Source: Marine Group II euryarchaeote MED-G33 (GTDB taxonomy: Archaea > Thermoplasmatota > Poseidoniia > Poseidoniales > Thalassarchaeaceae). From it: DNA of 45,004 bases. The notes beneath the pieces were generated by a model. It was given only the letters and a program-made list of their open reading frames with translations. It was not told where the DNA came from and did not search any database. Below, piece by piece: positions 43,301 through 45,004 of the stretch. Positions within the stretch are counted from its first letter, which is position 1; each line of letters opens with the position of its first letter. The stretch lies in NCBI GenBank assembly GCA_949538655.1, contig CATISE010000082.1, positions 1-45,004 of the forward strand. The letters are read 5' to 3'. Position numbers and translations under genes: made by a program.

Positions 43301-45004
43301 TTTACAGATGTCGATGTTCATTGGATGAGTGAAGCAGATCATCCGTTCTATCTGGATGATCCAGCCGCATATGGGCCACGAACTGTCGTGATGGAAACCG
43401 GTTCGGTTGGGCAGCACCAGGGGAGTGGCAAGTATGCACATTACACCAATGGCGGAGGCAGCCGTGAAATTATCATCGCAGATGATTCACCTGGGACGAA
43501 ACAAATGCTTCTGCACTCTGCAATGCATGGGGTCAATACGAATGACAATCCATTGAATATCAGCGTTGGTTACATCACTCCGCTTGGCACAGGTTTGTCT
43601 ACTACCCTAGTCGATTGGACTCAAATGAGTGGAATGTCTAGCCATAGAATTGGTTCAACGGTCGCTTTGGATATCGATTCAATCGAAGCCCATGGATTCA
43701 CAATGCCCCAATACATGTCTAGTGAACTCGTCTACCAAGATGATCCAGAGGATGTCACATCTTCCTCCTACATTCGCGAGTTTACTGCGAATTCAAACGA
43801 ATTGATCGAGTTGGAAATCGGGTGTCATCAATCTGGCATTGATCTCGACATGTATCTCTACAGAGACAAAAACAGCAACGGCGTTCTCGATTGGGGGAAT
43901 GAACAGGTCGGTAGTTCTCAGAATTTCAATTGCGATGAATCAATCGAGTATGGAGGTGGGCAAGCCGACACTTACTGGGCGGTTGTTCACGGGTATGATT
44001 TGCGTGCGGCCAATACTACTTTCTGGCTCCGTTGGTCCGAAATCGGAGGCAACGAGTTGGCAATCTCGGACTTTACATCGATGAATTCAACGCAGATTTC
44101 TAATAATTACACCAACGGATCAAACGCTCTAGGCGGCCTTGTTCCAGAGAGTGTTATTGAGTTGAATTTGAGCTGGGATCGACCTCAAAGTGCGGGGATT
44201 TGGGGAGGCTTCGTTGATCTAACCCTTTCGAGTGGGGGTTTGATTCGTCTCCCTTACAGTTTCACCCTCATCGATCCAGCTCCCGAAGTGTCTTTCTCCT
44301 TGCCCAATGGGACTCGCACAAACGAATCAATTGCGATTTCGATGACCGCATTCGATCAAGGTACAGGATTCAATGTAAGTGGTTTGCACTATGATTTGGA
44401 TAGTCTTGTGGCAGGAACTCTACCATACCAAGCAACATTTGAAACACTTTCAATCGATGGTGTCCATCAAGTTGACAATCTTGAGTTGTGGCAACATTGG
44501 AATTCGAATCGGATTTACAGTGATGGGGATCATTTTGCTACAATCAATCAATCCTTGTCACTCGAATCAGAATCTGCAATGAATATTTTCAGTGGAGATG
44601 GGCCTGAATGGGCCGTCTCATCAGCAGAAAGCAATTATTCAGGTACGGGATATATGACTTCATCAGCGGATGGGTTTGATGCTGGAAATCAAACCACTGG
44701 TTCGAGACTTTCATGGGATGTTGAATTTGATACAAACGGGACATACTGGGTTTGGGTAAGGATGCAACATCATGGGGGAAATTCCAATGCGATTCACATT
44801 GGCTTAGACGGGGTATCTCAGACGGTTTCTCAAGGTGGAATCTCCACAAATTCCAACGGCTGGAATTGGGTCAGTAACTACGGAAACCAATCCTTGGGTC
44901 TACGCGCTACAATCGAAGTGTCTACACCTGGGCGTCACACCGTTGATGTTTGGGTTAAGGAATCCGGATTGGATTTAGATCGTATTGAATTGACCAAATC
45001 ACAA
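40328..45004 (+). CDS. very large secreted subtilisin-family (S8) serine protease, 3' end beyond window
   Basis: I translated the frame by hand from the ATG at 40328 to the window end (1559 codons) and found no stop. It is absent from the track because it has no stop. Signal-like MRRGILSISMVILFILSSFSPLI. Catalytic Asp GVRVAVADSGID, His GGGNHGTLCASA, Ser TWGGTSLATPIAAG. A later PPC-like unit is …GIDLDMYLYRDKNSNG…ADTYWAVVHGYD. A final carbohydrate-binding-like unit is …GTYWVWVRMQHHGGNSNAIHIGLDG…GRHTVDVWVKESGLDLDRIELT. Confidence 0.85.
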   Translation, partial: MRRGILSISMVILFILSSFSPLIDVVETKSSTSGQSQAVETEVQIPMETAFSPNLAFWIGQEVAKPMVLTRDLQALHLWQVEHKLLPHQAPGDFHSVQPSSGIVEHRQITMPGRLVPKLAGVEGVFAVIDASAGPEPAGSLPGEPTSVRSGEIHGATDAWARGYNGSGVRVAVADSGIDFAHPDLNGTQAILDEPSSPYDGWGIMHDPVSLLRWQRDGLAYPAADNSWWVDTSNSDSDSDNDSELDSQGWDITGIQNSISGTYHYGEHSDSNLIQKAGGDVAILVVDTTFSGVYDAIYIDIDRDGEFGDETPINKSNPTYGRDTDADGLWDQSAGLLWWISDGIHGVPYGDVYAARSGYQNRIAGAGELVLLMLNDASEGGGNHGTLCASAVSAQGVIDNGAVMGMAPGSELISVANFYGGGSYLDSMRFISEGYDGNGSTSHDQGQIGSFSFGWSSAHDDGADYWSLYVDWLTRAHSPQTTYFVAVGNGGHGYGTTASPGGAHGVISVGAFSSKGSTWGESASWSNRGPNSVSRLDPDIVAVGWSATGDRTLNEVNNANNAYTTWGGTSLATPIAAGLAAIVYQALENKTGSWPDSQSFRDIVMSTADDRGYDPLVQGAGWMNASRAIAAIEGDTGSLLVNPASWMTGQNEGAHRDGNLNYILPGQNQTMQLSLLNTGDSPLDVTLTPSELVPLAGHHMIWNSTDTGNNTTWDGHQSRPDWAFPIHIEGDANLSLPASATLVRARAVMEGEGFDGNQNLQSENRLHLRIYLWNDDDGDGNWTTDSDNDSYVDDGEWTESSELAMITEHVYESGQVEARVGNPHDWDGDGLIVALWREFVRDPNKDPLHIEFDWTAFGPANDSWISAPNNLTISPNSTTQINVTIDVPPDARGGLKQHGLRIHATTNNTTRDWSWPVITNVGFNGPFTITPTHIDGNVSNQTLYDETWLQGAQRWGWRAESGDWKFLTMDWPASLSGNGSILVDVDWPDNPFTDVDVHWMSEADHPFYLDDPAAYGPRTVVMETGSVGQHQGSGKYAHYTNGGGSREIIIADDSPGTKQMLLHSAMHGVNTNDNPLNISVGYITPLGTGLSTTLVDWTQMSGMSSHRIGSTVALDIDSIEAHGFTMPQYMSSELVYQDDPEDVTSSSYIREFTANSNELIELEIGCHQSGIDLDMYLYRDKNSNGVLDWGNEQVGSSQNFNCDESIEYGGGQADTYWAVVHGYDLRAANTTFWLRWSEIGGNELAISDFTSMNSTQISNNYTNGSNALGGLVPESVIELNLSWDRPQSAGIWGGFVDLTLSSGGLIRLPYSFTLIDPAPEVSFSLPNGTRTNESIAISMTAFDQGTGFNVSGLHYDLDSLVAGTLPYQATFETLSIDGVHQVDNLELWQHWNSNRIYSDGDHFATINQSLSLESESAMNIFSGDGPEWAVSSAESNYSGTGYMTSSADGFDAGNQTTGSRLSWDVEFDTNGTYWVWVRMQHHGGNSNAIHIGLDGVSQTVSQGGISTNSNGWNWVSNYGNQSLGLRATIEVSTPGRHTVDVWVKESGLDLDRIELTKSQ

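Noticed and set aside
1-45004. CRISPR arrays, rRNA genes, transposases/IS elements, prophage or known defence systems.
   Set aside because: No regularly spaced direct repeats were seen. No ORF has transposase, integrase, Cas or restriction-type motifs. The only DNA-level tandem repeats are coding (the TSP3 and Pro-rich repeats).

Overview
This is a densely coding 45-kb chromosomal segment from an archaeon. Gene content alone suggests an uncultured marine planktonic euryarchaeote (Marine Group II / Poseidoniales-like); this is inference. Archaeal core genes are clear: aEF-1beta with its usual upstream Zn-ribbon gene, RNA polymerase subunit L, TruD, Cbf5, archaeal-type Cmk, a DUF106/YidC-like insertase, a GPN-loop GTPase, NFACT/Rqc2, a UbiA-type DGGGP synthase, RlmE, and three archaeal-style tRNAs (His-GUG with encoded G-1, Glu-CUC, Gln-UUG). 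They are interleaved with bacterial-looking metabolic genes (RibA, acyl-CoA dehydrogenase, OTCase, NAD-dependent epimerase). They are also interleaved with very large envelope or secreted proteins: a GDSL hydrolase with thrombospondin type-3 repeats, two MMPL/RND-type transporters, an 823-aa cadherin/CARDB-like adhesin, and a >1559-aa S8 protease that runs off the window. Two long ORFs are absent from the supplied track because they have no stop inside the window (1..891 minus; 40328..45004 plus). I saw no rRNA, CRISPR array, transposase, integrase or recognisable defence gene. The items most worth follow-up are: (1) an orphan 956-aa protein with a PPAPPGL repeat head, beta-sandwich repeats, a polyacidic tail and a terminal Zn ribbon, next to a GPN GTPase; (2) a DUF106 insertase with a basic tail plus Zn-ribbon extension; (3) an exosortase/archaeosortase-like gene with possible C-terminally anchored substrates nearby; (4) a thioredoxin-VKOR-thioredoxin disulfide-formation module; (5) a co-directional GT2-RND-GDSL/TSP3 array; (6) a HEAT-repeat gene split by one in-frame TAA. 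All family assignments come from motifs read by eye. No database search was run.
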